This document shows, one piece after another, positions 36,610 through 47,006 of a stretch of DNA of 64,000 nucleotides. Numbering within the stretch: position 1 is the first letter of the stretch; each line of letters begins with the position of its first letter. The stretch is from Desulfuromonas sp. GTDB taxonomy: Bacteria > Desulfobacterota > Desulfuromonadia > Desulfuromonadales > BM501. The position numbers were made by a program, and so were the translations under genes. The stretch lies in contig NZ_PKUB01000014.1 in the NCBI RefSeq assembly GCF_002868845.1, positions 27,762 through 91,761 of the forward strand, written 5' to 3'. The notes under the pieces were generated by a model. The model was not told the DNA's origin. It was given only the letters and a program-made list of their open reading frames with translations, and did not search any database.

Positions 36610-38553
36610 ATGATTATCGTCCTGCCCACCCTCCACGTGCGTACCTCGGCCCAGGCCGTTTCCCTGGCGGCGGCGAGCCTGGCGGCGGCCCTTCCGAAGA
36701 AGCTGCGCACGCAGGCCCGGCTCATCGACCTGTTCCCGGAACGGGACGAGTCGGAGATGCTGGAGGCGGTCCGCGCCGCCGGGCCGGGTCTGGTCGCCAT
36801 CCCCCTTTATTCGTGGAGCCGGATTCCCATGCTGGCCCTGGCGCGTCGCTTCAAGGAACAATGCCCCGAAGTCCCGGTGGTGGCCGGCGGCCCCGAAGCG
36901 ACGGCCGACCCAGAGGGCGTGATGGCGGAAGGAAGCCTGGACGGGGTCATCTGCGGCGAGGGGGAGGAGACCTTCCGGGAGCTGGCCAAGGCCCTCGCCC
37001 GGGGCCAGGAGCCGCCCCCCCTGCCGGGCCTGGTCCTGAAAGGCGACAAGTTGCTGCGGGAGGGCGCCGGGCGCTCCCCGGCCGCCCGCATCGAGGAGCT
37101 GCCCTCCCCCTGGCTGACGGGGGTCCTGACCCCCACCCCGGGAGGCGGAGTGCTCTGGGAGATCTCCCGGGGCTGCCCCTTCAGCTGCGATTTCTGCTTC
37201 GACGCCCGCGGCGGGCACGGGGTCCGCCATCTTCCCCGGCAGCGCCTGGAGGCGGAACTCGACCTCTTCGTCCGAAGCGGGGTCTCACAGGTGTGGGTTC
37301 TCGACTCGACCTTCAACTTCCCCCCCGAGCGGGGCAAGGCCCTGTTGCGCCTGATCGCCGCAAAGGCCCCCGGGATCCATTTTCACCTGGAGGCCAAGGC
37401 CGACTTCCTGGACCGGGAAACGGCCGCCCTGCTCGCGGAGATCCCCTGCTCGGTGCAACTCGGCCTGCAATCCGCCCGCCCGGAGGTGCTGCGCAACCTC
37501 AACCGCTCCTTCGACCCCCGGCTGTTCGAGGAGAAGGCCCGAATGCTCTCGGCGGCCGGGGTCATTTTTGGCCTGGACCTCATCTACGGCCTGCCCGGGG
37601 ACAGTCATCAGGGGTTCCGGCAGAGCCTTCTCACCGCACTCCAGCTCCAGCCCAACCACGTCGATATCTTTCCCCTCGCCGTCCTGCCCGGCACCGCCCT
37701 GCACCGCGACCGCAGCCGCTACGGACTGCGGGCCCAAGACCGCCCCCCCTACGAGATACTGGAGACCATCACCTACGGCGCTCCGGATCTTTCCCGGAGC
37801 CGCCTACTCGCCGCGGCGACCGACCTGTTCTACAACCTGGGCCGGGCGGTGGCCTTCTTTCCCGCCCTGCTGGGTGCGACGGGCAGAGACGCGGTCACCT
37901 TCCTGGAAGAATTCGCCGCCTGGGCCCTCGATCGGGGGGGAGTGGAAAGAGAGCGCTTTCTCGTTGCGGAGAGCTGGCAGCCGGACCAGATCCTGGAACT
38001 GCAAAAGGCCTGGTTGGAGCACCTGCTGCGGCAGGTCGGCCGGCAGGAACTGCTCCCCGCCGCCCGGGACCTGGTCCACTATCACTTTCACTACGCCGAA
38101 ACCCTGCTCGGAGAGGAGACCCTGCCGGCGGCCGGAAACGTCCCGTCGGAACCCGCCCCCTGGAACACCCCATGGCAAAGGGCGCCGGGCATCCGCCTGG
38201 TTTCCTTTACCTACGAGATCCTCGACCTTTTGGAGATGGGAGAGATCGACCCGGTGCAATGCTCCGGGCTGTTCCGCCCGGTCGGTTCGACCGGACTGTT
38301 CTTTCGAAGGGGCGAGGAGGTGTTCTGCGAGTCCCTTCAGGAGGATTTTCTCAAACTGCTCGCCGGGTGCGACGGCGGACGCTGTCCACGGGAGATCTTC
38401 GCCGGAAGCGTCCCGGAGCGGGAGGGAAGGGAAATCGTCGATTTCGCGGTCAGTGAAGGGCTGCTGGTCCCCCCGCAGGAAAACGGAAGGACAAAGGACG
38501 GACGGGCTCCGGACGAGACTCAGCGCAGGAGCAGGTCCATGACCCCGCGGTAG
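36610..38553 (+). CDS. B12-binding-domain radical SAM protein
   Basis: N-terminal Rossmann-like B12-binding region. Radical-SAM cluster motif RGCPFSCDFC. Start trimmed to MIIVLP. Confidence 0.75.
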   Translation: MIIVLPTLHVRTSAQAVSLAAASLAAALPKKLRTQARLIDLFPERDESEMLEAVRAAGPGLVAIPLYSWSRIPMLALARRFKEQCPEVPVVAGGPEATADPEGVMAEGSLDGVICGEGEETFRELAKALARGQEPPPLPGLVLKGDKLLREGAGRSPAARIEELPSPWLTGVLTPTPGGGVLWEISRGCPFSCDFCFDARGGHGVRHLPRQRLEAELDLFVRSGVSQVWVLDSTFNFPPERGKALLRLIAAKAPGIHFHLEAKADFLDRETAALLAEIPCSVQLGLQSARPEVLRNLNRSFDPRLFEEKARMLSAAGVIFGLDLIYGLPGDSHQGFRQSLLTALQLQPNHVDIFPLAVLPGTALHRDRSRYGLRAQDRPPYEILETITYGAPDLSRSRLLAAATDLFYNLGRAVAFFPALLGATGRDAVTFLEEFAAWALDRGGVERERFLVAESWQPDQILELQKAWLEHLLRQVGRQELLPAARDLVHYHFHYAETLLGEETLPAAGNVPSEPAPWNTPWQRAPGIRLVSFTYEILDLLEMGEIDPVQCSGLFRPVGSTGLFFRRGEEVFCESLQEDFLKLLAGCDGGRCPREIFAGSVPEREGREIVDFAVSEGLLVPPQENGRTKDGRAPDETQRRSRSMTPR

Positions 38554-39848
38554 GTCTCCGCCTTGCGCTCGGAGGCCTCGTAGAGGGTGGCGGTGAACAG
38601 GGCGGTGGCCGCATGCCCGGCGAGCATGGAGAAGAGCTGAAAGTCCACCTCTTCGAAGCGCTCCTTCTGGACAAAGAGGCGGTAGATCGCCAGTACGCCC
38701 AGGGTTTCACCCTTGATCTTGAGGGGGATCGCGGCAAGGGGATTGCGAGGATCGTCGGAGCCCTCGGGAACCGCACCTTGGGCGAAGAAGCTTTCTCCCC
38801 CGCTCAGAACCTTGCCGAAGACCCCCTCTCCCGGGGCCAGGGAGGGGAACTCTTCGTCCTCGAACCCCTCGGTGGCCTGGCAGCGGAGCTCTCCCGAATT
38901 TTTATTCAACTCGAGCAGGGCGAACTTTTCGGCCCCCACCAGGTTGATCACCACCTCCTTGACGATATACACCACCCTGCCCCGGTCCAGGACCGAGTGC
39001 AGCTTGGAGGCGGCGATGTAGAGGTTGGTCAGGGTGTTGTTGACCTGTTCGGCGCGCACGATCTGATCGGCGAACTCCCGGTTCTCCTCCTCCATCTCCC
39101 CGATGCGCTGGAGCAAGCGGATATTCTGCTCCCTCAGATCCTCGCCCTCGGCGGGTTGAACTGCGGACGCATCCCCCTCATGGGCCTTTTCGGCCAGCTC
39201 CTGCAGGGCCCTGAGCCCTTCTGGCTCGGGGTGGATGAAGTAGATCCCGAGTCCCGGTTCGGCCCCCTTCTGGACCCGTTTGACCTTGCCCAGCAGCGGC
39301 AGTTGCCGGCCGCCCGGCAGTCCGAGCTGAAGTTCGACGGCCGTTCCGGGTTTGAGGGTGGTGCGGCTTTTGACGTAGATGCCGTTTTTGGAGATATCCT
39401 GGGCATAGCCGCCAAGGCTGCGGTTGTTGCCCCGGATCTGGACCTGCAGGCTGACCGGGGTCCGGGAGGCTGTTCGCCCCCTGACGGCGCCGAGAAGGCG
39501 GTCGACCTTTTCGAGCAGGTCCTTCTTGTTGACCGGCTTGGTGAGATAGTCGTCGCAGCCGGCGTCCAGGCACTTGAGGATCTCCTCCTGCTTGCCCGCC
39601 GCGGTGACCATGATGACCGGGAGCCGCCGCCAGCGCTCGCCTGCCCGGAGACGGCGACAGACCTCGTCACCGTCGATTTCGGGCAGATAGAGATCGAGAA
39701 GGGCCAGGTCCGGCTCGACCCGGTCGAGCTTGGACAGGGCCTCCTCCCCCGACTTGGCGGTCACCACGGTGTGGCCGCTGTCCTCCAGAAAAGACTTCTC
39801 CACTTCGAGAAAGAGTTCAACGTCATCGACCAGCAGAATGGTTGCCAT
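38520..39848 (-). CDS. response regulator with REC + PilZ + GAF-like domains
   Basis: REC: ILLVDDV..PDLALLDLYLPEIDG..VIMVTA. PilZ-like: RTPVSLQVQI..GYAQDISKNGIYV. The C-terminus is GAF-like. Confidence 0.7.
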   Translation of the reverse strand: MATILLVDDVELFLEVEKSFLEDSGHTVVTAKSGEEALSKLDRVEPDLALLDLYLPEIDGDEVCRRLRAGERWRRLPVIMVTAAGKQEEILKCLDAGCDDYLTKPVNKKDLLEKVDRLLGAVRGRTASRTPVSLQVQIRGNNRSLGGYAQDISKNGIYVKSRTTLKPGTAVELQLGLPGGRQLPLLGKVKRVQKGAEPGLGIYFIHPEPEGLRALQELAEKAHEGDASAVQPAEGEDLREQNIRLLQRIGEMEEENREFADQIVRAEQVNNTLTNLYIAASKLHSVLDRGRVVYIVKEVVINLVGAEKFALLELNKNSGELRCQATEGFEDEEFPSLAPGEGVFGKVLSGGESFFAQGAVPEGSDDPRNPLAAIPLKIKGETLGVLAIYRLFVQKERFEEVDFQLFSMLAGHAATALFTATLYEASERKAETYRGVMDLLLR

Positions 39849-39940
39849 AACCGCCTCTTAAAACCCCCGAGAATATGGTGGACGTTACCGCAGCAGGGTC
39901 CAAAAGTAAAGCCCCCAGGCCGATGGTCCGGGGGCAAAGG

Positions 39941-39964
39941 AAAAGACCCCGTGCGGGGTCTTTT
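39941..39964 (-). terminator. hairpin terminator
   Basis: AAGACCCCG cac CGGGGTCTT followed by TTTCCTTT on the minus strand. Confidence 0.55.
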
Positions 39965-39996
39965 CGGGATCGTCTCATCATGAATGCTGCCAGCGC

Positions 39997-40272
39997 TCAG
40001 GCGACCCTCTGAAGCCTCTTGTGGTAGCGGGGACGCTCGGCGATGAACCTGAAAATCTCCTCCACCTCGGGCACCCGCCCTGCGATGCGTACGCTGTCAT
40101 CGATGAGCAGGGCCGGCGAAACGTAGACCCGGTTGTCGATCATCTTGCGCCTGTCGCGGTAAAGGTGAACCTCAGCTTCGACTCCAGCACGGGAAAGGGC
40201 AAGACGTACGTTCTTCAGGGTTTGCTCGCAACGTTTCCCACTCTCCGGCTTGCAAAGGATATCGATCCTCAT
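39997..40272 (-). CDS. small thioredoxin-fold protein (MTH895-like family)
   Basis: Aligns by eye to the MKIEVLG..C..C....AL...G....VE.V.D...I...GV..TPALVI.G.V...GRVP..EEI pattern. GGAGG lies 5 nt upstream of ATG 40272. Confidence 0.55.
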   Translation of the reverse strand: MRIDILCKPESGKRCEQTLKNVRLALSRAGVEAEVHLYRDRRKMIDNRVYVSPALLIDDSVRIAGRVPEVEEIFRFIAERPRYHKRLQRVA

Positions 40273-40418
40273 AACGGCCTCCATCGGGGAAGATATCTTA
40301 CCGCCAAATTATAACCTTTACGGTCATATTATAGCCAGCCAGAAGAAAAAAGCAACTTTTTTCTCTCTCCTTGCGTTCTCTTCCTCCGGGGCCGAGGCGA
40401 GCCAAGGCTGGCAGGGGA

Positions 40419-41267
40419 TTAACGAAACGGTGGGGAGTCGCCGTAGACGGACTTCAGGGCCCTTTTGACCCGGGCCATGAGGCGGACCGGGTTGATCGGC
40501 TTGGCGACGAAGTCGAAATAGCCCTTCTCCAGCAATTTGGCTTCCTCCTCCGCCGCGGAGCGGGAAGAGAGTGCGATGACCGTGATGGAGCAGGTACGGC
40601 TGTTGGCCTTCAGGGCCCGAAACATGTCGTAGCCGTCCATGCGCGGCATGATCGTGTCGGAAATGATCAGGTGGGGAAGGTGCTCGTAGGCGGCCTTGAG
40701 CCATTCGGCGCCGTTGGCGGCCTCGATGGCGTGGAACCCCTCCTTTTCCAGAGCCGCGATGGCGGCCGCGCGAACCAGTTCGTGGTCGTCCACAACGAGA
40801 ACCATCCACCAGGCGGGCTTGAGGCCGCTGCCGACCTGAAGGTAGTGCCGGTTGACGGCCTCCTGGATTTCACCGGCGGTGGTCACGCAGGGGATGACAC
40901 GCATCCCGGTCCGAAAGGAGAGATCGTCCAGGGTCTCCATATCGAGGGGGTCGGCCATGGCCAGGTAAAGGGTTTTGCCCTGCTGCCGAAGGGGGAAAAT
41001 CAGCTTTTTGATGGCCGTTTCGCTGTCGAGCAGTCCGAGCAGTTCAGGGGAGAAGGAGTGCTTGGCGATGTCCCGGACGATCTGAAAATTGAACTGGCGC
41101 GCCAGCACCGCGGCGATGTCCCGTTCCGAGACCGTCCCCATCTCCTCCAGAATCTGTCCCAGGAGCCCCCCGAAATTTTCCTGCCGTTTCAGAGCCCGGG
41201 TCAACGCCTCTGCACTAATCGTCCCGGTTTCGACCAGAATCTGGCCGATCCGCTTGCGTCTGGTCAT
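40419..41267 (-). CDS. response regulator with N-terminal T2SSE_N/MshEN-like domain
   Basis: N-terminus RIGQILVETGTISAEALTRALKRQ. REC domain: VLVVDDHELVR..LIISDTIMPRMDG..VIALSS. Confidence 0.65.
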   Translation of the reverse strand: MTRRKRIGQILVETGTISAEALTRALKRQENFGGLLGQILEEMGTVSERDIAAVLARQFNFQIVRDIAKHSFSPELLGLLDSETAIKKLIFPLRQQGKTLYLAMADPLDMETLDDLSFRTGMRVIPCVTTAGEIQEAVNRHYLQVGSGLKPAWWMVLVVDDHELVRAAAIAALEKEGFHAIEAANGAEWLKAAYEHLPHLIISDTIMPRMDGYDMFRALKANSRTCSITVIALSSRSAAEEEAKLLEKGYFDFVAKPINPVRLMARVKRALKSVYGDSPPFR

Positions 41268-41529
41268 ACGCGCCTCGATCCTTCCGTTTCCCGCACCCCC
41301 CCTCATGAGGGACCATGCCTTAATATAAACACACCCGGCTCGGACTGAACAGAAAAAACATCCTTTCCCGGCCCCGGTGTCCCGTACGTTAATTCTTGAT
41401 GCAAACTCCGTTCCTTTTCATGCCGCGGCCCACGTTCCGCCTTCTCGGCCCGGTCCAATCACGAGGCGGCAAGCCTCGGGACCATCCAGTACACCTCGAC
41501 ATGGGTGACACGGCCCACCATGGGGGACA

Positions 41530-44151
41530 CTAGCCCCCGGGGGGGTTGGCGATGGCGACCTCCAGCTCGCCGCCCTCCGCCGTCACCAGGATGGTCGCAC
41601 CCTCCCCGACCTCGCCGCCGATCAGGGCGCGCCCGATGCGGGTCTCCAGAGTGTGCTGGAGGTAGCGCCGCAGGGGGCGGGCTCCGTAGACGGGGTCGAA
41701 GGCGGTGCGGGCGATGTGGTCCCGCGCCTCGTCGGTGATCTCCAAAGACATCCTGCGCCCCGCCAGGCGCCGGCGAAGCTCCCCGGTGAGCAGGTCGACA
41801 ATCTGCTTGATCTCCTCCAGGGTCAGGGGCTTGAAGAGGACCGTGTCGTCCACACGGTTCAGAAATTCGGGGCGGAACTGATGGCGCAGCTCGGCCAGCA
41901 CCGCTTCGCGGGCCGCCTCCTCGATCTGGCCGTCGGCGGTGACCCCTTCGAGAAGGTGCTGCGAGCCGATGTTGGAAGTCATTATAATGACAGTGTTCTT
42001 GAAGTCGACGGTGCGGCCCTGGGCGTCGGTCACCCGGCCGTCGTCGAGGATCTGCAGCAGGATGTTGAACACCTCGGGGTGGGCCTTCTCAATCTCGTCG
42101 AAAAGGATCACCGCATAGGGCTTGCGGCGCACCGCCTCGGTGAGCTGCCCCCCTTCCTCGTAGCCGACATACCCCGGAGGCGCCCCGACGAGGCGGCTCA
42201 CGGCGTGCTTCTCCATGTACTCGGACATGTCGATGCGCACCATGTTGTCCTCGCTGTCGAACAGCGCCTCGGCGAGGGTCCGCGCCAGTTCGGTCTTGCC
42301 GACGCCGGTCGGCCCGAGGAAGACGAAAGAGCCGATGGGACGGCGCGGGTCCTTGATTCCGCTTCGGGCCCGGATGACCGCGTCGGCCACCAGGCCGACC
42401 GCCTCGTCCTGGCCGATCACCCTGCGGTGCAGAACCTGGTCGAGCTGAAGGAGCTTCTCACGCTCCCCCTCCACCAGCCGGGTCACCGGGATGCCGGTCC
42501 AGCGGGAGACGATATCGGCGATCTCCTCCTCGGTGACCTCCTCGCGCAGCAGGCGCGGCTCCGCCTCCTCGGCCTCGCTTTTCTCCTCGAGGCCGTGCAG
42601 GTCGCTCTCGAGTTGAGGCAGGCGGCCGTGCTTGAGCTCGGCGGCCCGGTTCAGGTCGTAGGCCCGCTCGGCCTGCTCCACCTCCTGGCGCACCCTTTCG
42701 ATCTCTTCACGCAGGGACTGGACCTTTCTGATCCCCCCCTTCTCCTGCTCCCACTGGAGCCGCAAGGCGTCGGCCCGCCCTTTCAATTCAGCCAGTTCCC
42801 GGCGCAGGGTCTCCAGGCGCTCCCCGCTGGCCCGGTCCTTCTCCTTTTTCAGGGCCGCCTCCTCGATCTCCAGCTGCATGATGCGCCGGGTCACCTCGTC
42901 GAGCTCGGCGGGCATCGAATCGATCTCGGTGCGAATGGTGGCGCAGGCCTCGTCCACAAGGTCGATGGCCTTGTCGGGCAGGAAGCGGTCCGAGATGTAA
43001 CGATGGCTCAGGGTCGCCGCAGCCACCAGGGCGTTGTCCTGGATACGAACCCCGTGAAAGACCTCGAAGCGCTCCTTCAGACCGCGCAGGATGCTGACCG
43101 TGTCCTCCACCGTCGGCTGATCGACGAGCACCGGCTGGAAACGGCGCTCCAGGGCGGCGTCCTTCTCGATGTAGCGGCGGTACTCGTCGAGGGTGGTGGC
43201 CCCCAGGCAGTGCAGTTCGCCCCGGGCCAGCATCGGCTTGAGCATGTTGCCGGCGTCCATGGATCCTTCGGCCTTGCCCGCACCGACGATGGTGTGGAGC
43301 TCGTCGATGAAGAGCAGGATCCGCCCCTCGCTCTGCCTGATCTCGGTCAGCACCGCCTTGAGCCGCTCCTCGAACTCGCCCCGGTACTTGGCCCCGGCCA
43401 CCAGCGACCCCATGTCGAGGGCGAAGAGGGTCTTTTCCTTGAGTCCCTCCGGAACGTCCCCCCGCACGATGCGGTGGGCCAGCCCCTCGACGATGGCCGT
43501 CTTGCCGACTCCCGGCTCGCCGATGAGAACGGGGTTGTTCTTGGTCTTGCGCGACAGGATGCGGATCACCCGGCGGATCTCGGCGTCCCGCCCGATGACC
43601 GGGTCGAGTTTGCCCTTGCGCACCTCTTCGACCAGGTCCCGCCCGTACTTCTCCAGGGCCTCATAGGTCCCCTCGGGATCCTGGGAGGTCACCCTCTGGT
43701 GGCCGCGCACCCGGGTCAGGGCCTGCAGCAGCCGGTCTCGGGTGACAGAAAACTGCTTGAAAAGCCGACCGGCGGGATGCCCCTCCCCTTCGCCGAGCAT
43801 GGCCAACAGCAGGTGTTCGACGCTGACGTACTCGTCCTTCAGGTGGCGGGCCTCCTCCTCGGCCCTGACCAGCAGGCGGTTCAGGCGCTGGGTGACGTAG
43901 ATCTGCCCCGCCCCCGCGCCGGGGCACGAGACGCTCGGCTTTTTCTCCAGTTCCTTTTTCAGGGCGGCGGAAAAATTCTGCGGAGCAACCTCCATCCCCT
44001 CCAGCAGGCGGGGGACCAGGCCCCCCTCCTGCTCCAGAAGGGCCGCGAGCAGGTGCTCCACGTCGACCTCGACGTGGCCGAGTTTGACCGCACGGCTCTG
44101 GGCGGCCTGCAGGGCCTCCTGGGTTTTCTGGGTCATGCGGTTGAGGTCCAT
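41530..44151 (-). CDS. clpB: ATP-dependent chaperone ClpB
   Basis: 873 aa. Two AAA+ modules ([21 protein letters not shown]), a Clp_N domain and a long middle coiled coil. Confidence 0.95.
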   Translation of the reverse strand: MDLNRMTQKTQEALQAAQSRAVKLGHVEVDVEHLLAALLEQEGGLVPRLLEGMEVAPQNFSAALKKELEKKPSVSCPGAGAGQIYVTQRLNRLLVRAEEEARHLKDEYVSVEHLLLAMLGEGEGHPAGRLFKQFSVTRDRLLQALTRVRGHQRVTSQDPEGTYEALEKYGRDLVEEVRKGKLDPVIGRDAEIRRVIRILSRKTKNNPVLIGEPGVGKTAIVEGLAHRIVRGDVPEGLKEKTLFALDMGSLVAGAKYRGEFEERLKAVLTEIRQSEGRILLFIDELHTIVGAGKAEGSMDAGNMLKPMLARGELHCLGATTLDEYRRYIEKDAALERRFQPVLVDQPTVEDTVSILRGLKERFEVFHGVRIQDNALVAAATLSHRYISDRFLPDKAIDLVDEACATIRTEIDSMPAELDEVTRRIMQLEIEEAALKKEKDRASGERLETLRRELAELKGRADALRLQWEQEKGGIRKVQSLREEIERVRQEVEQAERAYDLNRAAELKHGRLPQLESDLHGLEEKSEAEEAEPRLLREEVTEEEIADIVSRWTGIPVTRLVEGEREKLLQLDQVLHRRVIGQDEAVGLVADAVIRARSGIKDPRRPIGSFVFLGPTGVGKTELARTLAEALFDSEDNMVRIDMSEYMEKHAVSRLVGAPPGYVGYEEGGQLTEAVRRKPYAVILFDEIEKAHPEVFNILLQILDDGRVTDAQGRTVDFKNTVIIMTSNIGSQHLLEGVTADGQIEEAAREAVLAELRHQFRPEFLNRVDDTVLFKPLTLEEIKQIVDLLTGELRRRLAGRRMSLEITDEARDHIARTAFDPVYGARPLRRYLQHTLETRIGRALIGGEVGEGATILVTAEGGELEVAIANPPGG

Positions 44152-44286
44152 GGGAGAGTCCTTTCCTGGGAACTAAGGCTATATTTCAAGTATAATTCTT
44201 TTCGCCGCGGAGGCAGGTTGACGCCCGGGAAAACCGCAACCTGTTCTGCGGGCCGGGGCCTTTCCCGGGCCCCGGCCCTGATCCCC

Positions 44287-44640
44287 CTAGTGGACGCTGA
44301 CCTCGATTCTCCGCGGCCTGGCGGCAGCCGCCTTCGGCAGAGTCACGGTCAGGACCCCCTGGCTCAGCTCGGCGGCCACCTGCTCCAGGTCGAGATGGTC
44401 GGGCAGCCGGAAGCGGCGCCGGAAGCCGGCCTCCCGACCGCTCATGCGCCCCTCGATCGTGAGGAGTTCCCCGTCGATGCCGAGTTCCAGCCTTTCCCGG
44501 GACACGCCCGGCAGGTCGGCAACGACGGTCAGGGCCTCGCCTGTCTCGTAGATGTCGACGCTTGGTGTGGTCCAGGTCTCCTCGCTCTTCTTTTCGGCCA
44601 GTTCGGCCCCCGTCTTTACTGCCAGCTCCCTGTTTCCCAT
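44287..44640 (-). CDS. Hsp20/alpha-crystallin small heat-shock protein
   Basis: Alpha-crystallin domain PSVDIYETGEALTVVADLPGV...GVLTVTLPK. AAGGAG RBS before ATG 44640. Confidence 0.85.
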   Translation of the reverse strand: MGNRELAVKTGAELAEKKSEETWTTPSVDIYETGEALTVVADLPGVSRERLELGIDGELLTIEGRMSGREAGFRRRFRLPDHLDLEQVAAELSQGVLTVTLPKAAAARPRRIEVSVH

Positions 44641-44705
44641 GGTCTGTCTCCTTATCCGTATCATCATCGTCGTCACTCTTCAGCCCGATTGCGATGCGCC
44701 GCCAA

Positions 44706-45143
44706 TCAAGCGGCCTTGATCGCGATCCGTTTCGGCTTCGCTTCGGCCGCCTTGGGCAGGGTCACGTTCAGCACCCCGTCCCGAAACTCCGCCCTCACCC
44801 CTTCGGCGTCGATCGGCGCCGGGATGTCGACGGTCCGGGCAAAACGTCCAGCACTGCGCTCCCGGCGATGCCAGGTGGCCCCGTCGGGAGCGGCTGCAGT
44901 GCGCTCGCCGGCGATCGTCAGGGCCCCGTCCTGGAAGGTCATCTCCAGGGCCTCGGGGGTGACCCCGGGCAATCGGGCGTCAAGGGTATAACCCTCGGCG
45001 TTCTCCCGGAGGCAAAAGCTGTGGTATCGGCCACCGTTGCCGGAAGCGAAAGGCGGTTCGAGAAAACGACCGAAACCGCGGAAGAGGCCATCCATCTCGC
45101 GGGATAGGTGATCCATTTCTCTGAGAAGAGTCAGTCCTGTCAT
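44706..45143 (-). CDS. Hsp20/alpha-crystallin small heat-shock protein
   Basis: Alpha-crystallin domain ...GYTLDARLPGV...DGVLNVTLPK. AAGGAGG RBS before ATG 45143. Confidence 0.85.
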   Translation of the reverse strand: MTGLTLLREMDHLSREMDGLFRGFGRFLEPPFASGNGGRYHSFCLRENAEGYTLDARLPGVTPEALEMTFQDGALTIAGERTAAAPDGATWHRRERSAGRFARTVDIPAPIDAEGVRAEFRDGVLNVTLPKAAEAKPKRIAIKAA

Positions 45144-45212
45144 GGTTGTTGTCCTCCTTGCTCGGGGTTGATGGGGGAAGCCCTGGCGGCTTCCGGGTGT
45201 GCCCATCGGTAC

Positions 45213-45228
45213 TTCAACACCCGTGCCA
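45213..45228 (-). promoter_or_regulatory. sigma-54-like promoter upstream of hsp20-hsp20(-clpB), imperfect -12 element
   Basis: Minus strand reads TGGCACgggtgTTGAA: a perfect -24 element, but the -12 is GA rather than GC. It lies ~70 nt upstream of the hsp20 ATG and immediately downstream of a sigma-54 activator gene. Confidence 0.35.
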
Positions 45229-45388
45229 TCGGCCCGAGAAAAGACAACCTACCGAATTTACGTTGTATTCAAGAAACAGAGAACGCCGGAGCGACTCCTT
45301 GCGACGTCGCAGTGCAGCGCCGCAGGAGGCGCTTGCGGCGTCGCAGGAACGTTCGGGCCAAAGGGTTCGCGGCGGGCCGCCTCCGGCT

Positions 45389-46855
45389 TCAACCCTCCAG
45401 GTCTTCGCGCCGAAGGCCGAGCTTTTGGAGGTAGCGGTAGAGGGTGGCCCTGTGGACCCCCAGCAGGCGGGCGGCCCCGGAGAGGTTGCCCCCGGCCTGG
45501 GCGTAGGCCCGGCGGATCTGCCCGGGCTCAAGTTCGACGGGACGGGTGGAACGCCGGGCCGCAGACGGCCCCGCGGGCAGGAGTTCGGCATCCAGGACCC
45601 CGGCATGGGAGGACTCCAGCAGGGGCCGCTCCGAGGCGAGGGGATAAGGGGGGGCGAGGGGCGGCGGGCCGGAGGCGGCCTCCAGGTCCCAGCCGCCGGG
45701 GGAGAAGCCCTGGCGCTCCCGGACCCACTCCCGGAAAGCGCGGGCGGGGATCACCTCGGCCTGGGTCTCGACATAGACCCGCTCCAGGACGTTGCGCAGC
45801 TCACGCACATTGCCCGGCCAGAGGTAGGACTGGAGAAGGGACTGGGCCTCCGGGGTCAGCCGCTCGATGCGCCGCCCGTATCGGCGGTTGAACATCCGCA
45901 GGAAATGGTTCACCAGGGCGGGGATGTCCTCGGATCTCTCCCGCAGGGGCGGCAGGTGAATGCGCAGCACCGAGAGGCGATGATAAAGGTCGGCGCGGAA
46001 GCGCCCCTGCCCAACCGCCTGTTCGAGAGGGATGTTGGTGGCGCTGATCACCCGCACGTCGACCAAGCGCTCCTGCTCGGACCCCACCCGCTCGACCCGC
46101 CCGGTCTCCAGCACCCGCAGCAGCTTGCTCTGGGTGCGCCGGGGCATGTCCCCGACCTCGTCCAGGAAGAGGGAGCCGCGATGGGCCCGCTCGAAGCGGC
46201 CGCGGTGTGTCCGCAGGGCACCGGTAAAGGCCCCCTTTTCGTGCCCGAACAGCTCGGATTCGAGCAGCTCATCGGAGATGGCCGCGCAGTTGACCGCGAC
46301 ATAGGCCCCGCCGCCCCGGGGGCTGGTGTCATGAAGAGCCCGGGCGACCAGTTCCTTGCCGGTCCCGGTCTCCCCGGTGATCACCACCGCCGCATCGCTC
46401 GAGGCGTACAGGGAGATCTTGCGAAACACCTCGCGGATTCCCGGACCGCTGCCGACCAGGCCGTGAAACTCGCTCACGGCCCCGGTCTCCCCGGGAGAGA
46501 GACTCCGGAAGCTGAAAGCCACCGTCTGGGCCCGAAAGTCGCCGGTCAGGCCGCCGGGGCTCACATCTGCCGCAAGGGATTCCTCAGCCCCGCCGCCCAA
46601 CCGGACTCGGACGCCGACGAGGGAGTGCCCTTCTTCAGCGGCCTCCCGCGCCAAACTCGTCAAATCTGGAACAGCCGTGGGGAAGAGCTGGCCGAGGGGC
46701 CGGCCCGCCCCGGTATCGGAGCTGAGCGCCGCAATCTTGGCCAAACGGGGGGTGACGCGCACCACCAGCCAGTCCCCACCGGGGGCCTGAGCGACCACCA
46801 GGTCAGGGGAAGGGACGGGCAGACGCCCGCTCTGGAAATTCTGTTCTGAGGACAT
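45389..46855 (-). CDS. sigma-54-dependent Fis-family transcriptional regulator
   Basis: VVITGETGTGKELVARALH, GHEKGAFTGA, LFLDEVGDM, FRADLYHRL. C-terminal HTH: AARLLGVHRATLYRYLQKLGL. Confidence 0.85.
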   Translation of the reverse strand: MSSEQNFQSGRLPVPSPDLVVAQAPGGDWLVVRVTPRLAKIAALSSDTGAGRPLGQLFPTAVPDLTSLAREAAEEGHSLVGVRVRLGGGAEESLAADVSPGGLTGDFRAQTVAFSFRSLSPGETGAVSEFHGLVGSGPGIREVFRKISLYASSDAAVVITGETGTGKELVARALHDTSPRGGGAYVAVNCAAISDELLESELFGHEKGAFTGALRTHRGRFERAHRGSLFLDEVGDMPRRTQSKLLRVLETGRVERVGSEQERLVDVRVISATNIPLEQAVGQGRFRADLYHRLSVLRIHLPPLRERSEDIPALVNHFLRMFNRRYGRRIERLTPEAQSLLQSYLWPGNVRELRNVLERVYVETQAEVIPARAFREWVRERQGFSPGGWDLEAASGPPPLAPPYPLASERPLLESSHAGVLDAELLPAGPSAARRSTRPVELEPGQIRRAYAQAGGNLSGAARLLGVHRATLYRYLQKLGLRREDLEG

Positions 46856-47006
46856 GTAACAACCCGGAATGGTTGGCAGCTGACGTTGCCGCTACAATGT
46901 AAACCCTCCCCGCACCGAGTGCAAGGCTCCCCTTTGCCGAAAGGTACGAAAAAACCGCCCCGAAGAGGGGCGGTCGCGGGTCGGCAGAAGGGCTGGATGG
47001 GCCGGG

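Noticed and set aside
38520-38553. A 34-nt convergent overlap between the radical SAM gene and the REC-PilZ-GAF gene.
   Set aside because: Overlapping convergent 3' ends are common in GC-rich genomes. The radical SAM C-terminal tail is low-complexity and may end earlier functionally. No further signal was seen.
44152-44286. Sigma-32-type promoter (CTTGAAA-N13-CCCAGGAA) upstream of clpB.
   Set aside because: The -10-like element overlaps the presumed RBS and leaves only a ~5-nt leader. The match to CCCCATNT is poor.
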